Positions 11,013 to 22,929 of a stretch of 64,000 nt of DNA are shown here, one piece after another. The notes under the pieces are model-generated. The model saw only the letters and a program-made list of their open reading frames with translations, was not told where the DNA came from and did no database searches. Each line of letters starts with the position of its first letter. Within the stretch, counting starts at the first letter, position 1. The stretch comes from Bispira polyomma (taxonomy: Eukaryota), in NCBI GenBank assembly GCA_965649765.1, contig OZ287750.1, positions 21,762,001 through 21,826,000 on the forward strand, read 5' to 3'. The position numbers were made by a program, and so were the translations under genes.

Positions 11013-12011
11013 TTCTTGTAGGTAACAGCCTTTCCAGACGGTTACTGCAGGATGTCCACACACGCATCTCTATTGGTTTCAGGCCTCGGACCTCCACGGC
11101 ATATCAATCTAAATTCAGGCTGTACATAGCCTTTCTGTCTCACCTTAGAATTCAGGTCCCCCACGACCTTAATCCAGTCTTACTATTCCTCGAGTTCCTG
11201 GCCCAGCAGGGACTCAGGTCACAGACACTACAAGGCTACTTAGCTGTACTTAACCACTTCTTCCAGATGTACGACTTCCCCTTGCAGGTGTTAAAACATA
11301 GAAAAGTTCATCTCATGATCAAGGCGGTGTCTCATAATGCACCCCTCAGATATAGAGTCAAAGGAGTGCTGTCTATACGCAAACTTATGCAGATAATATC
11401 ACTGGTATCCCAGTTTCCAGGGGCTAAGGTACACAAAGCTATCATACTATTAGGGTTCTTTGGTTTCTTTAGGCTTGCTACCTTGGTTCCGTCTAAAGCG
11501 ACTCTTTATCACCCCTCAAGGTTTCCCACACCACGGGACGTAGTTTGGGGGGCCCCCAGGGCACACATAATAACTAAGTGTGCAAAGAACATGCAGGTGT
11601 CAGGGCAAGCGCAAGTGGTTCAGGTCCCCAGGCTCCCTGGCTCCCCATTATGCCCAGTACAGGCTCTGCGTGATATTTGCCCCCCCCAACCCCTGTTCAA
11701 ACAAAACCCCCCTTTTTCAATACACACACTTAGGTGCACACGTGGTGGTTACAGCCTTCCACGTACGTAAAGTTTTCTCTGCCCTAGTGCAGCAAGTAGG
11801 CCTCATCCCAGCTGAATATGGCTTCCATGCTCTTAGAAGGTCGGCTGCTTCATGGGCTTTCGACCATCACGTTGACCTCCAACACATTAAGGTACATGGT
11901 GGCTGGCGTTCAGATGCCATCTGGCGTTACTTGGTGAAAAGTCCAAAAACAGCAGGACTAGTAGCAGCTGCCTTTCACACACACTTAACCACAGCACACA
12001 CCTACAATTAA
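11009..12011 (+). pseudogene. Tyrosine recombinase ORF3 of YR element 2 (one frameshift in the C-run at 11680-11687)
   Basis: N-terminal core-binding-like region followed by FFRL, HALRRS, HGGWRS, WRYL. No ATG at the start of the ORF. Confidence 0.93.
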
Positions 12012-12505
12012 CTACATTGGGTTTGGCAAGTTATATCATACATTACATCAAATTATATAGTAGTGTAAATAAACTAGGTTTAGCATAACAAATAGACTGT
12101 AGAGGCCCTTCAGGGGAAAGGTCACCTTAACTAACAACATGCAAGGGCGCTATCACTTTAACAATACCTTAACCCAGCTTTAGGCAACCTCAAGTGTGAG
12201 ATGTAAAGGAACATGCTTAGGTTAAGGCCACCTTAAAGTGGGAGGATTAAGGAGTAACTTCATATTAGCAGGTGCATTATTAAGGTAACCTCAACTTGAG
12301 AGGTAGTAGTTACTAACATGTGTTTTTATGTGTGAATAAACAACCCAAATGTGTGACAAACTTGTTTGCTTTTTTATAGTGCATCTTTCTTTTGGCTGGC
12401 TGGGCAAATTTGGCCTGGCAGCCCCTCTTGGGTGAGAGGCTGATCAATATTATACATTACTTTTACAAGGAACTATTTCCTATTATTACCGGAACTACTT
12501 CCATA

Positions 12506-12553
12506 ATTCAAAATGGCGGCCCTCCGGGTGAATTCTGCAGTTTAGCCATCGAT
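12506..12553 (-). repeat. Right subterminal inverted repeat of YR element 2
   Basis: Reverse complement of 6297-6345, followed by a 27-bp unpaired extension containing CTACCCC and then the 10-bp direct repeat. Confidence 0.92.
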
Positions 12554-13411
12554 GAAATCTGCTACCTACCCCATTTTATTTGGACATTTAAGGCGATTTA
12601 CACGAGTTTCGTCATTTCTTCTATTATCGCTCATAAGAAGTCACTGTTTTGGAAAGCCGTGTTGTGATTGGACGAGACCTCAAGAGATCTACCAATGAGA
12701 AATGTGGTTTCAAACTTGTTTACAAGGAAGTAACGAGCGTGGATTTTTGTGATGAAAAATTAATCATATATCTGTGCTAAATTTTGACTCGCACATTTCT
12801 AAAATGACTCCTACATTTGTACCTACTGGGAGTTGTAATACTCGTGTTCACACATGGTCGTCAGCAGCTCTGCTGGTATAACTTTAAAAAAGTAAAATAA
12901 TGGTCAAATATACACGTTTTGTCATTTAGTTGTTAAAATTTTTCATTTAAAATATTTATATTGTTTTCGCCTCCATAAAGTTGTGGTTATATATTGCTTG
13001 GAAATCCCAAGACCTACTGGGCACACATTTGCGCATTCACGCAAGCACATTAAAGACGTCCTAGCAAATAAAGTACAGCTATAAACTACAATATTTCAAA
13101 ATCGAGGCCGCCGCCGTGGGATACTAAGGTAATTGACAAAAATAATAGTGAAACGGAAATATTCGCAGATTCGTTTTCAGAATCTACCCCAAAAAGAAAA
13201 CCGGAGCACAAAAGCCCAAACTCTAAAATCAATGCGAATTTCAGACCATAGCTCCCTACCAGTTTTGAGATTAGCCTGTCGACACGTTTTCTACCTTTTT
13301 TCTAGCTTTTACTGCTGATATCAACTAGCTTGCACATGCGCAGACTTGCGCAATGTGCAAACTAGTTAAAAAACCATGGGGCAGTATTTTGATAAAGTGT
13401 AGCTGTATATA

Positions 13412-13583
13412 CAGTCAAACCCCTTTTAAGTAGAACTCTGATAATGGAAAGTACCTGTTAACTAGAAGGTATTGTAGGTTTCCATTGCATTATTTCTAAT
13501 TAAAATTTACCTTATAAAGTATAATTTCTGTTAAGTAGAACACAAATTTGTATGGTCCCTTCAGGCTCAACAGGGTTCCACTG
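13412..13583. mobile_element. pogo/Tigger-like MITE
   Basis: TA-CAGTCAAACCCC ... GGGTTCCACTG-TA. Confidence 0.7.
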
Positions 13584-13599
13584 TATATACATTAGTACA

Positions 13600-13860
13600 A
13601 CAGACATTACAGTGGAACTTAAAGACTGCCCATCTGGCTTTAAATAGGAGTAAATCTTTGTGGCAAGTCTTGTGTTTTATTTTCGGAGGTAACATTGCTT
13701 TCAATCCGCATGACCACAAAGGACCTATTACCTTAGTGAAGCACAATTTTCTTGTTAAGGCAGGTGTATGGTCTAACAGCAAGATATTTACCACAACTGT
13801 TTTTCTTTTTGATGGTTTGAGAATAACACAAGCATTGAGAATCAATCGCACAGCATGAAA
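13600..13860 (-). pseudogene. Possible degraded pogo/Tigger (DDE_1) transposase fragment
   Basis: The minus-strand peptide NILLLDHTPA resembles the ILLLxDNAPxH motif. It lies next to a pogo-like MITE and is heavily decayed. Confidence 0.35.
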
Positions 13861-14026
13861 GGAGGTAAACTGGACAGTATGGAGGGGTATGGATGGAGCA
13901 TAATCAGCCAGTCTCTCTTTTGTTTAAAAGATGAAGTCCATTGAGAGAAGCTTAAACTGGTCTTTTACAAAATGTCACATGTACATAAAGCTTTAACTGA
14001 ACCTCTGACTGAGACTTACAGAAACA

Positions 14027-14160
14027 ATTATATAGAAAACAGATATGGACTAAGTAAGAATTCTAAAGAAAACGGACATTGACTAAGGAAGAATTGTATA
14101 GAAAACGGACATTGACCAACATAGAATTCTATAGAAAACAGACATGGACCAAGTAATAAT
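14027..14160. repeat. 33-bp minisatellite, about 4 copies
   Basis: TATAGAAAAC or a variant recurs at 14031, 14064, 14097 and 14130. Confidence 0.85.
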
Positions 14161-14558
14161 CCCAATAAAGTTTGAACAGCAGATCTAGGTAGACGTGTGA
14201 ATCCAGGGATTCTTTTTAATTTGTGGTGCCTTGGTGGAGGTATGCTCTCTACTGAGTGCTCCCCTTGCCGGTTTCACATAGAACTGCAATTAATAGGTAG
14301 AACTCTATTGTACTATTATTAATATACCATCTGAGTCCACAAAAAGACACATCTATAATTGTCTGTATTTAACGAGAAACGGGACCTTTTGTCAGCATCT
14401 ACCATGTATACAAATGTATATAGCTATAACTATAGCTTCAGAGACTTGGCAACACACCCAGGTGTAAATGTATCAACACCACAGTGCTAGTAGTAGTATA
14501 TAGGTGGTAAAAAGAGCAACTGGACAGTGAACAGTGTGTGTGGTATGAATATAATAGC

Positions 14559-15096
14559 CATATTTATGGAGGGGGGGGAGGGGCTGGGTGTGTGTGTGGG
14601 GGGGGGGGCAGAGTAGTTGACACAGACGGAACATACTAAACCTCACAGGAGTTAGACACCCTTAAACCCTAGCTTAACCAACATTCTATAATAACCCTTA
14701 TAAAACCCCATCAAACCCATCTCCCTCATTCAGCGTTTGTTTCTCATTAAAATAATATCAATTTGATGAAATGATTAATATTGAGGAATAAAGTGTTGAA
14801 GTTATTTAAACCTATGTAATTAATTGTTATCTTCACCATTTCGAATTATTTCTTTGTCAATACGCAAAGGATTACGCAAAAGGAATGTCACCCGCCATAC
14901 GTAGTTAATTACGCCAAAGTTACATTGCAACACCATAAACCAAAGTTGATATAGGCATTGTATGGCTTTATATAAGTTTCAACTTAACACAGAGTTTTAA
15001 AGGTGACAATGTACCATTATATAGATAGTCAGCTCTACTACCCCTCCCCCCTCTCCCCCTCCCCTCCCCTTTGCCACCCCCTCATCATATCTATGG
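14559..15096. mobile_element. Candidate non-autonomous element with G-run/C-run ends and an 11-bp flanking direct repeat
   Basis: CATATTTATGG (14559) and CATATCTATGG (15086) flank it. G-rich left end, C-rich right end, imperfect inverted repeat GGGCAGAGTAGTTGAC / GTCAGCTCTACTACCC. Confidence 0.5.
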
Positions 15097-16286
15097 GATT
15101 ACTTCTCACATGCTCCAAGCAATTACTTCCACTGTGTAATTTGTGCAAATATGGTCGGCAATTCCCCGTGTGGCCATAAAATGAGGACTATCACTTCTGA
15201 GAGGGGAAAAACTTCCGTATTGTTTGCTTTACTTTATCACAGGCCAGTGATAAACGATCTCAGACTAGTAATAAATGGTGCGGTTTGTTTGTTATATTTT
15301 GATGGGTTTATCTTTTCTTCTTTTTTTTTACTTTTATGAAAAAAAATATTTCACTGATCAATATTTTAAAAAAACTGCCCACATAAAAAATTTACACAAA
15401 AATATTGAAAATCAAATAAAAAAAGCATTTTGTTTGTTTCAATATCAACAGAGGGAATCTTTTATCTGTAGTTACTGACATTTTGGTTACAAAGTAAGAT
15501 GTAATTTTCTCCAAGCTTTTAAAATGTGACTTTTTCAAAGAAATGCTACGTAATGTCCTTTAGGTATTCTAAGAGATAGATGAATCATTCCTGTGTGGGT
15601 TTTCATTGGATAATTCAGAATTAGTGCTTTTTTGTTGTGTCTGGATTTTTTTAACTTATGGAACCCCTATCAGGTCAATCATTTATTTTTTCCCACCTTA
15701 TGGAGTCGTCGTGTTTACCACATCCTGTGCCTATTATGACGTAATAAGTTATGATCAGGAGATGAAGTGTTGAGTAATTGACTGAATAAGTCTTGAGCAC
15801 GAAATTATTTGGTGCATTATCATGTGCACAAAAGGATTTCATGATCACAACTTAACAATGTGGACAAAATATATACTAATGACCCAACAGGGGCACCTTA
15901 CTTCCTTAAAGGAGCGTCTATAACTTTTGGAGATCACTGTATTTCTATAAATACACCTAGCATTATGGGTTTTCTCAAGACTCCTGCTATCTGTAACCTG
16001 TTCAAGTAAATGAGGTCAGTAGTTTACTCTACATCAGCAGTGTTTTTTTTCCATCATTAAAATCTGACCTATGTAATCTGACCTAAGCTATTGAAAGTAA
16101 GGTAAATCCAACTAAATTCAAATTCTAAGGTGTAAGCACACCGGAAGCTTTATTTTCCCAACCCATTTCGGAGGACAATAATTGGCAGTCATCATGAAAA
16201 GTTCATATTACAGCAGAGGTACATGTGTATTTTTTGGCACAATACGAATTTGAATTTGCATATTTAACATCCACTCTAGTACCTTT

Positions 16287-16499
16287 TAGTAGGTTATATT
16301 GGGACGGGTAGTTGGAAACGCTGGAGGAAACACTGCATACAGTCGGTCAAGGTTCTGCACTGAAACCAGCGGCCCACAGTAAGGAACTACCACCTTTCCC
16401 ACATAGGCATCGATGGGATTCGAACTCACGCCGCCCAGAGGTGAGAGACCAGTGATTGTGAAGCGCAATGCTTGCTAACCACTAGGCCACCGCGGCCCC
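16287..16499 (-). mobile_element. tRNA-derived SINE
   Basis: Minus strand reads GGGGCCGCGG-TGGCCTAGTGG (A box) ... GTTCGAATCC (B box), then a non-tRNA body. Related copies occur elsewhere in the window. Confidence 0.85.
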
Positions 16500-17224
16500 T
16501 TAGCACAATACGAAAAAGACACTTTAAATTTGGAACAGTAAAAATAAAGTTTATCATAATGCATGAAGACATTGCGCGGTGATTGGCAAAGTTATACAAG
16601 TTTCACCAATTTTTAGTAATCCTGGCCACAGAAACCGACATATAAACCATTAATATTGTAAGATTCAGAGAGAAATAGGGTCTCACGTACTCCTTCATCA
16701 GAAGAACATACATAATTTCAAATGATCCCCATAATGCAAATAATTTTCCACTATACAAAACACAAAAAGAAAATCCCACAAAGTGTTACCATTGCAATTG
16801 GATAATAAAATTGCCATACAATCATAAGTACGTAATAGAGTTTTGAATCTGATGAGGGATATATTAACAAAAAATATTTGATAGTTTAGGATATTATTAT
16901 AACGAGCAAAAGCAGCATACTTGTCTTGATTTAACAGCTTTGTAGAAGACATGACAACTCATTCCCTGGGCCAGATAGAATGAAATAATTCACACACTAT
17001 AACTGCTGATAGAATTGACTTCTGAGTCTATTTTCATCTACTCAGAACATTCATCTTTATTTTGTCTCAGTTTATCCCAGGGTTTTATTCTCCTTCTATA
17101 AACCTACACACGCCCGTTCTATCTATTTAGGCTGTATTATTAATGTCACCATTTACAGCTGATATTGCACTTGTTTTACTGTATCACCTATCACGGCTAA
17201 AACATACCAAAAACGAGGTGCCAC

Positions 17225-17475
17225 AATATTGTACCTGGCTACTAGTCTTTTATGGCCTTCATGGATTGGTTGAAAACAAGCGACCCGGCCAAACTCAGGG
17301 GTCTCGGCTTAATATTATCAGGCGCTGCCTGATGTTGCTGCCACGTGTTGGAAATAATATGCAAAGCCTTCATGGATTTGTTGGAAGCAATCAACCTGGC
17401 CAAACTTAGGGGTGTCAGATTCATATTTCTCAAACTGTACGCCTGTGTCTTTTTTAGAAAACAACTCTTGTTTAT
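17225..17475. repeat. Dispersed repeat with an internal ~113-bp duplication; second copy at about 63120-63345
   Basis: The GCCTTCATGGATTGGTT...AAACTCAGGGG unit occurs twice at each locus. Confidence 0.8.
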
Positions 17476-18301
17476 TTTATCAACTGTAACTACTGAATGG
17501 CTCAGACAAAACATGGAATAAAACTGTTTGTCTCAATGATATAAAAGTTAATCTTTTGTCTAAAAAAAACTTGAGCTTCAGCGACAAAAGTGAATCACCT
17601 ATTTTTAGGAATCATTATATTGTCAGCTTTTTCCTGATGTCTGGAAATTAACCTTTTCATTAACTTTTCCTTAAATCATGTTCCAATTGATCAAAACCAC
17701 TTCAATAGAAACAATTGTTTTTTTTTAATATTCATGTCTTCACAAGTACGTGCAGTCTGACATGGAGTTCGTTCTAATGAAGGTCAATTACCATATTCCT
17801 CATTTCTGCCACGGCATGGCCAAGTGGGTAATGTGCTTGCTTAGGAATAAATGGAGGACCTCAGTTTGATCCCAGTTTGGGGTGACCAGGTACAGGCAGA
17901 TGTATAGTGTCATCTGTTATTATGGGTCTTTAATCTAGAGGATAAGGTGGAAGATTAAAGAACCTTTGGAATATTGTAAATGGTCATCCTCAAGCCTCTC
18001 TTCAGGTAGGGTAATTGCAGCCATGAGTGCTGGCTGGCTGTACTTGGAAAGTCAACAGAGATGTTTTAATTACCACTTTCAATACCAGGGGCTGTATTCA
18101 CAATTATTCTAATAATAAAAATCCTCGGAATTTTCAGAGTCTGAGCCAATCAGATTCTTTGAAACAATATTTTCAGCAAGTCAAATTGGCTCAGACAAAA
18201 ATTTAAGAACATTAAGAATCTTAGCGAATACCAGCCTTGATGAAACTAGATAGAATGTGCTGACTACAAATTTGAATACAATTATACAAATATCTTAAAT
18301 G

Positions 18302-18556
18302 CAGTGGAAGCTTAATTATCCACATTGGATGATATTATTAAGGGATTTGTTCCGATAATGGAAGGCTCATATAAAAAAGAGCAATTATTTTTTTCCCTAA
18401 AATAATAACAATATAAGTTTGGAAAAAGGTGAAATGGTTTTACTCAGATAAAAACAAAATATTGATAAAAAGAACAAACATTTTAGTGTATAACAACTGT
18501 TTTTTATAAAAACAAATATTCGAATAATAGAAATTCAGATAATACAGTTTCCACTG
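18302..18556. mobile_element. pogo/Tigger-like MITE (family A, diverged)
   Basis: CAGTGGAAG..TTATCC ... GATAATACAGTTTCCACTG-TA. Confidence 0.6.
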
Positions 18557-20806
18557 TACTATAACAAGAACACCCCCAGAAGAAAAGCTTTTGTTTTAAA
18601 ACTCTTTGCAGCCAATGTATGCTTTTGTTAAAATAGACCACTATTTAAAAAGTAGGTAAAATTTTTTTTAAATTAGCGACAGGTCCACTAGATATTTTTT
18701 TTTTTTTTTTTTTCAATAAACGCAGCTGCAAACATGACAGATTTAACCGTTTTATTAAAAATTTTATATGATTTTTCTCCTTTGGTACGAAAAATAATTA
18801 CGCTATTATTCAAAAGTATTAATTAACCAGATACAAGGTATGAAGTAACTAACAGGTAAGATCTATATCTTAAGGCATGTAACCTAAGGTAGCTGACCCT
18901 TTTGATTCTGAAAGAACAGTCATTGGGAACTGGAGGAAATTTTTTGGTAATAGGTTATACATAGCTGGAGTCGCTAAAACACACACCACAGACTATTGTG
19001 GGGAACTAAAGGAAAATAAAATAATATTTTTGGTCTTTAAACTGGATGCCGACAGACATAGGATCTGGGAGAAACAAATGGACAGCCTAGGGTTTTGAAA
19101 GGGTTATTAAAAAGATATCTGCTAAAATGATGATATTATGAAGTCATCCAGTCCCACAATCCAATATAAAATAAACTTAAAGAACTAACATTAAAAAATG
19201 AGGCCAATTTTCGCAAAGGTTGACCCTTTAGAATGGTCCAAGAGATTTGTATCTTTGACGCAGGTTAGGGGAAAACATGCTTATGTTTAGATGATATTCT
19301 TGCAGTATTTGTAGTATATTATCATAACAACACTCCCCATGGGTCTATATTTATCCCACTTCAGGTCTTGAAATCATGTTTTAGCTCAAAATATCACTTA
19401 TATAATGTATAGATTTCATTATTCATGGGAATAAACAAGACGTGTCACCATTTATTTTAATAGAACTTCAGTGAGGAACTCAAATATGGAGTTAGTTTTT
19501 AGATATATTTTTTTTCTACACAAAGATACAAGACCCTTGACTTAATGTCTTAAAAAAAACCTCATTTTGTGTAATAACACCACAATCCGACACCCACAAA
19601 AACACTTATGCAAGACGCCTTACTTAAAACTTAAGTGAATCACAATAATAGTAATAAAAAAACAACTTCATGAATTATATCCTTAACTTTAAATACCGTA
19701 TTAGCCATAATAAGTACGCAGAAGATGAGGGGGCGTAACTATTAACATCAATGTGGTCAACCAACAAAAACAAACATTTTAATAGAAGTACAGTGTGTTC
19801 TTTTGACTGAGACATAAGAACCTTACAATAAAATTCTTTAAATATTATTATTTGACCTCGAGAGATAATAGGTTGTTTTTTTGTTCTTTTAATGTTTCTT
19901 TGTCACCAAGATTCACACAAAAACTACTGTATCAATTGAAACCATATATTGGTAGAGGGATAATGGCATGGGCCAAGGAAGAGTATATATCCATTTGTAG
20001 TTTTTGAGTGGATCTGGGTTAAGATGGAAGGATCTTTTTTTACTTTTTTGGAAACTTTGTCACCTTGAGGAAGGTATGCACTTTACTTTACTAAGTGCTC
20101 TTTTAGTTGTGTAAATGTACTTCTGTCGGGGTTGTATTATTCTATATTATGGGCATATTATAAAGGCATTTTTAAATGGACGTCACTGCACTAATTGGGA
20201 ATAAGAACCTTATTTTAAGTGTTAATTATCACAGATGAAACTCATCCGAGATGTGCCTAGATAACACTGACTGGTACAAATTAAACTGATTGTCTTACCA
20301 GTTTCTTCATATAAAAATTCATTTATGTCTTTGTTTTTATTATTAACTTGTTTTGCAATAGGATCCTACATGTAAACAGGTTCTAATTTATATATTGCTA
20401 CATACTGTTTACTGTTGAAACAGATAATTTACATAGATATACCGGTAGACATTTTATTTAATCAACTATAATACACTTATGCAAACTAGTCAAACAGACT
20501 CTAACTATAAACTTAGCATGGTACTTAGTTAACCTTAATGGGGCACAAGGTTCACCTTTATTCCAAATTTCAAAAAGTTTACAATATTTCACTCGGGCAA
20601 TGGTTACTGCACCTTTAGGTGCTCTGGTGCTGAGTGTGTGCACCTGCGGAGTAACAGGTGCCAGGTTAACCTGCACCTCGAGGTGTCCTTGGTACTCCTT
20701 AAGGTAACTTTATTCTTATGTGTCAGACCTCTAGTTAAGTTCACCTTAACTTTTATATTTCACCTTTGATGTTGTATAGATATATGTAAGTCTTTTGTCA
20801 TACTTA

Positions 20807-21478
20807 AATGGTGGTTCCACTATGCCGATTTGGTCCCGACCTTGCCGATTTTAAGGTACAAAGCGTGTCTGTATAGGTCCGCGGGCGAAAATAGGATGGT
20901 CGCAGTGGTCAGGAAGGATATCCAACATGTTTAATATTTTCTAAAAATACCCCGACTTACCTCCTAGACCTCTAAAAATAGGAAGGTCCGCTTCAGCAAA
21001 TAAGTTCGATCTGATCGTCATTACGTTCTGTCTGATAGATCTTATCTCACTCCAGGCCTATCCTAACACTGGCCCATTAAAACATATAGGTCAGGGGGTG
21101 AAAACAGGGCGAACAGGGCGGTCTGGAAAAATAAAACCATTTTGTCAGTTATTTTACCATAACAGTCCCGACTTTGATTTTTAAATGTTTGATCCTGATG
21201 GTCGGGGATATGGTTGTTTCAGATCCTATTGGCAAAACATTTGATCCTAGGGCGATATGTCAGATCCTATTGCCAGTATGTTCAATCCTTACCTGGGTTG
21301 GGGTTTAGTACGTACTTCAAGTTCAATCGTGGTCGGTGTCGCGTCAAAACGGTACGCAATCAGTTCGATTTGCAAGGTCACCCCACACTTTCATTTTCCA
21401 GCCTTTTTCGCCCTGACCACCCCGATCTCAAGATCGGGCCTATTTTGCCAATCGAACTTGAATGTGGCACCACCACTT
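20807..21478. mobile_element. PIF/Harbinger-like MITE
   Basis: TIR TGGTGGTTCCAC / GTGGCACCACCA in a TTA/TAA context; CpG-rich interior with repeated CCCGA/GATC motifs. Confidence 0.7.
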
Positions 21479-22486
21479 TAGATTAATACAAAATATACAG
21501 CCTCCTTCTGTTCATCTCTCTACACTTAATGCATGGCACCTGCAGGGACTGATTGACAATAACTAGCATAAGTAGTAATAATTACCACAGACGAAACTCA
21601 TCTGAGATGTGCCTACATCACACTGGCTTGTACAATTAGACCCAACTGACTGTCTCACCAATTTCTTCATACAGACATTCTTTGATGTCTTTGTTCTCAT
21701 TAATTACTAGTTGTAAACATGCTGTAGTGTGCAGTTGTGTTCAACAGCCACTAGGCAGAGTTTTCTGTCATCGGCAATGCTCCGATTTTTAATGATGGTA
21801 CGGACGGTGAGGGACAGAGTCCTTTACAATAGCAAATCATTGTAAATCTGATAAAGCAGTTTATTATGTTCTCTTCAATAGGAAATATACAGCAATATTT
21901 TCAAATAATGATATTTAATTAATCAAGTACTTTTCGGTTGGCTATAAAGTTATAATATTGTGTACGGCTATTTCATTAATCAATATACAACCACAGACTC
22001 AATGAAAAGATGATAGTTTTTCTGCTATAGATGCTGTTACACATTTAAGATTTGCCATAAGTAAACAACTCTGTCTTCGCCATGTGTACCATCAGTAAAA
22101 ATCAAAGCATTGTCAACGACTGAAAACTTGGTCCAAACAACCACCTGCTGTTGTCACCTGTCATGTAGCCATTCTGTGGTGTACATCCTATTTCATTCAG
22201 TCATTCCTGACCACATACACAAAGAGCACATAATACAATTCCTCCTTGGTATTTTTATGTATTACATAAGCCTTTATATTTACAAAACCACCTGTCTACT
22301 ATGACCATATTTGGCCTTTACAATCAGATCGTCTGACTACTGGTGGTAACAATGGTTAGATTTACAATTGTACACAACTAAAGAGGCTTGCCTCTGCTGG
22401 GATTCGATATTCATGGACCTTGCGGATCTTGAGAATAATAGTCCAGTAAACTAACAGTTGAGCTTGGCAGTTGGTCTGTTACTCAC

Positions 22487-22711
22487 CTGGTCTAACTTCT
22501 TGCTGTACACTGTAGGGTTATGGTTGGCCTGTATCAAAGACTTTCCCTGGTTATACACAGCACAGATGGTCATCCCCAGGGAGAACATATCACAGTAGGT
22601 GCTGCAGTGCTTGGAGCCCTGGATCTGGATCTCTGGGGCCAGGTAATCCAGGTCTGGCTGCACCATCTTAGGATGTTTACTGGACCAGGGACTGCAGGGG
22701 TAACTGTCCAC
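22487..22711 (-). CDS. SCYL2: SCY1-like (SCYL2-type) pseudokinase exon, 225 bp: VDSYPCSPWSSKHPKMVQPDLDYLAPEIQ...DMFSLG...KKLDQ
   Basis: cag|...|gtgagt, phase 0-0. PDLDYLAPE and DMFSLG motifs. Joins the 34840-34983 exon in frame. May be an invertebrate paralogue rather than the strict orthologue. Confidence 0.92.
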
Positions 22712-22929
22712 CTGCAAATACATTGTATTGTTTTGCATTTTTTAACTCGATGCTTCTTCCAAACTATCATAGGAAAAAGCACTGTCAACGTAAACCTTGG
22801 AGCGATGCATTTTTGGGGTTGATCAAGATGGTTATTAATGGACTATGTTGTTGTGCATAAGGGGCAGTAGACATGTTTTAACCACCTGTCAAATTATTCA
22901 ATTTCCATTTACAACAAGAGTCCATTAAT

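Larger units (their letters stand above)
6290..12590 (+). mobile_element. Full-length, decayed tyrosine-recombinase retrotransposon 2 (DIRS order; gag, RT-RNase H, YR; no methyltransferase domain seen)
   Basis: Three diagnostic coding regions. Inverted repeats at 6297-6345 and 12506-12553. Flanking direct repeat TGGACATTTA at 6280-6289 and 12581-12590. Confidence 0.92.
5643..13367 (-). mobile_element. Helentron-associated non-autonomous element (HINE-like, ~1.4 kb), split by YR element 2
   Basis: Subterminal inverted repeat ACTAGTTTGC (5666-5675) / GCAAACTAGT (13357-13366). Stem-loop at 13323-13367, terminal palindrome AGCGGC-CCACA-GCCGCT at 5648-5664, A/T-run flanks. Segment 5825-6045 recurs at about 26240-26460. 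Confidence 0.7.

Noticed and set aside
16287-16499. tRNA gene
   Set aside because: A and B boxes are present, but the spacing is long, I could not fold a convincing cloverleaf, it continues into a SINE body, and several diverged copies exist.
20298-20365. Exon-like reading of the 125-bp duplicate (NKDI...LYEE|gt on the minus strand)
   Set aside because: There is no similarity to the expected SCYL2 continuation, the implied downstream introns are under 50 nt, and the phases do not build a coherent model.
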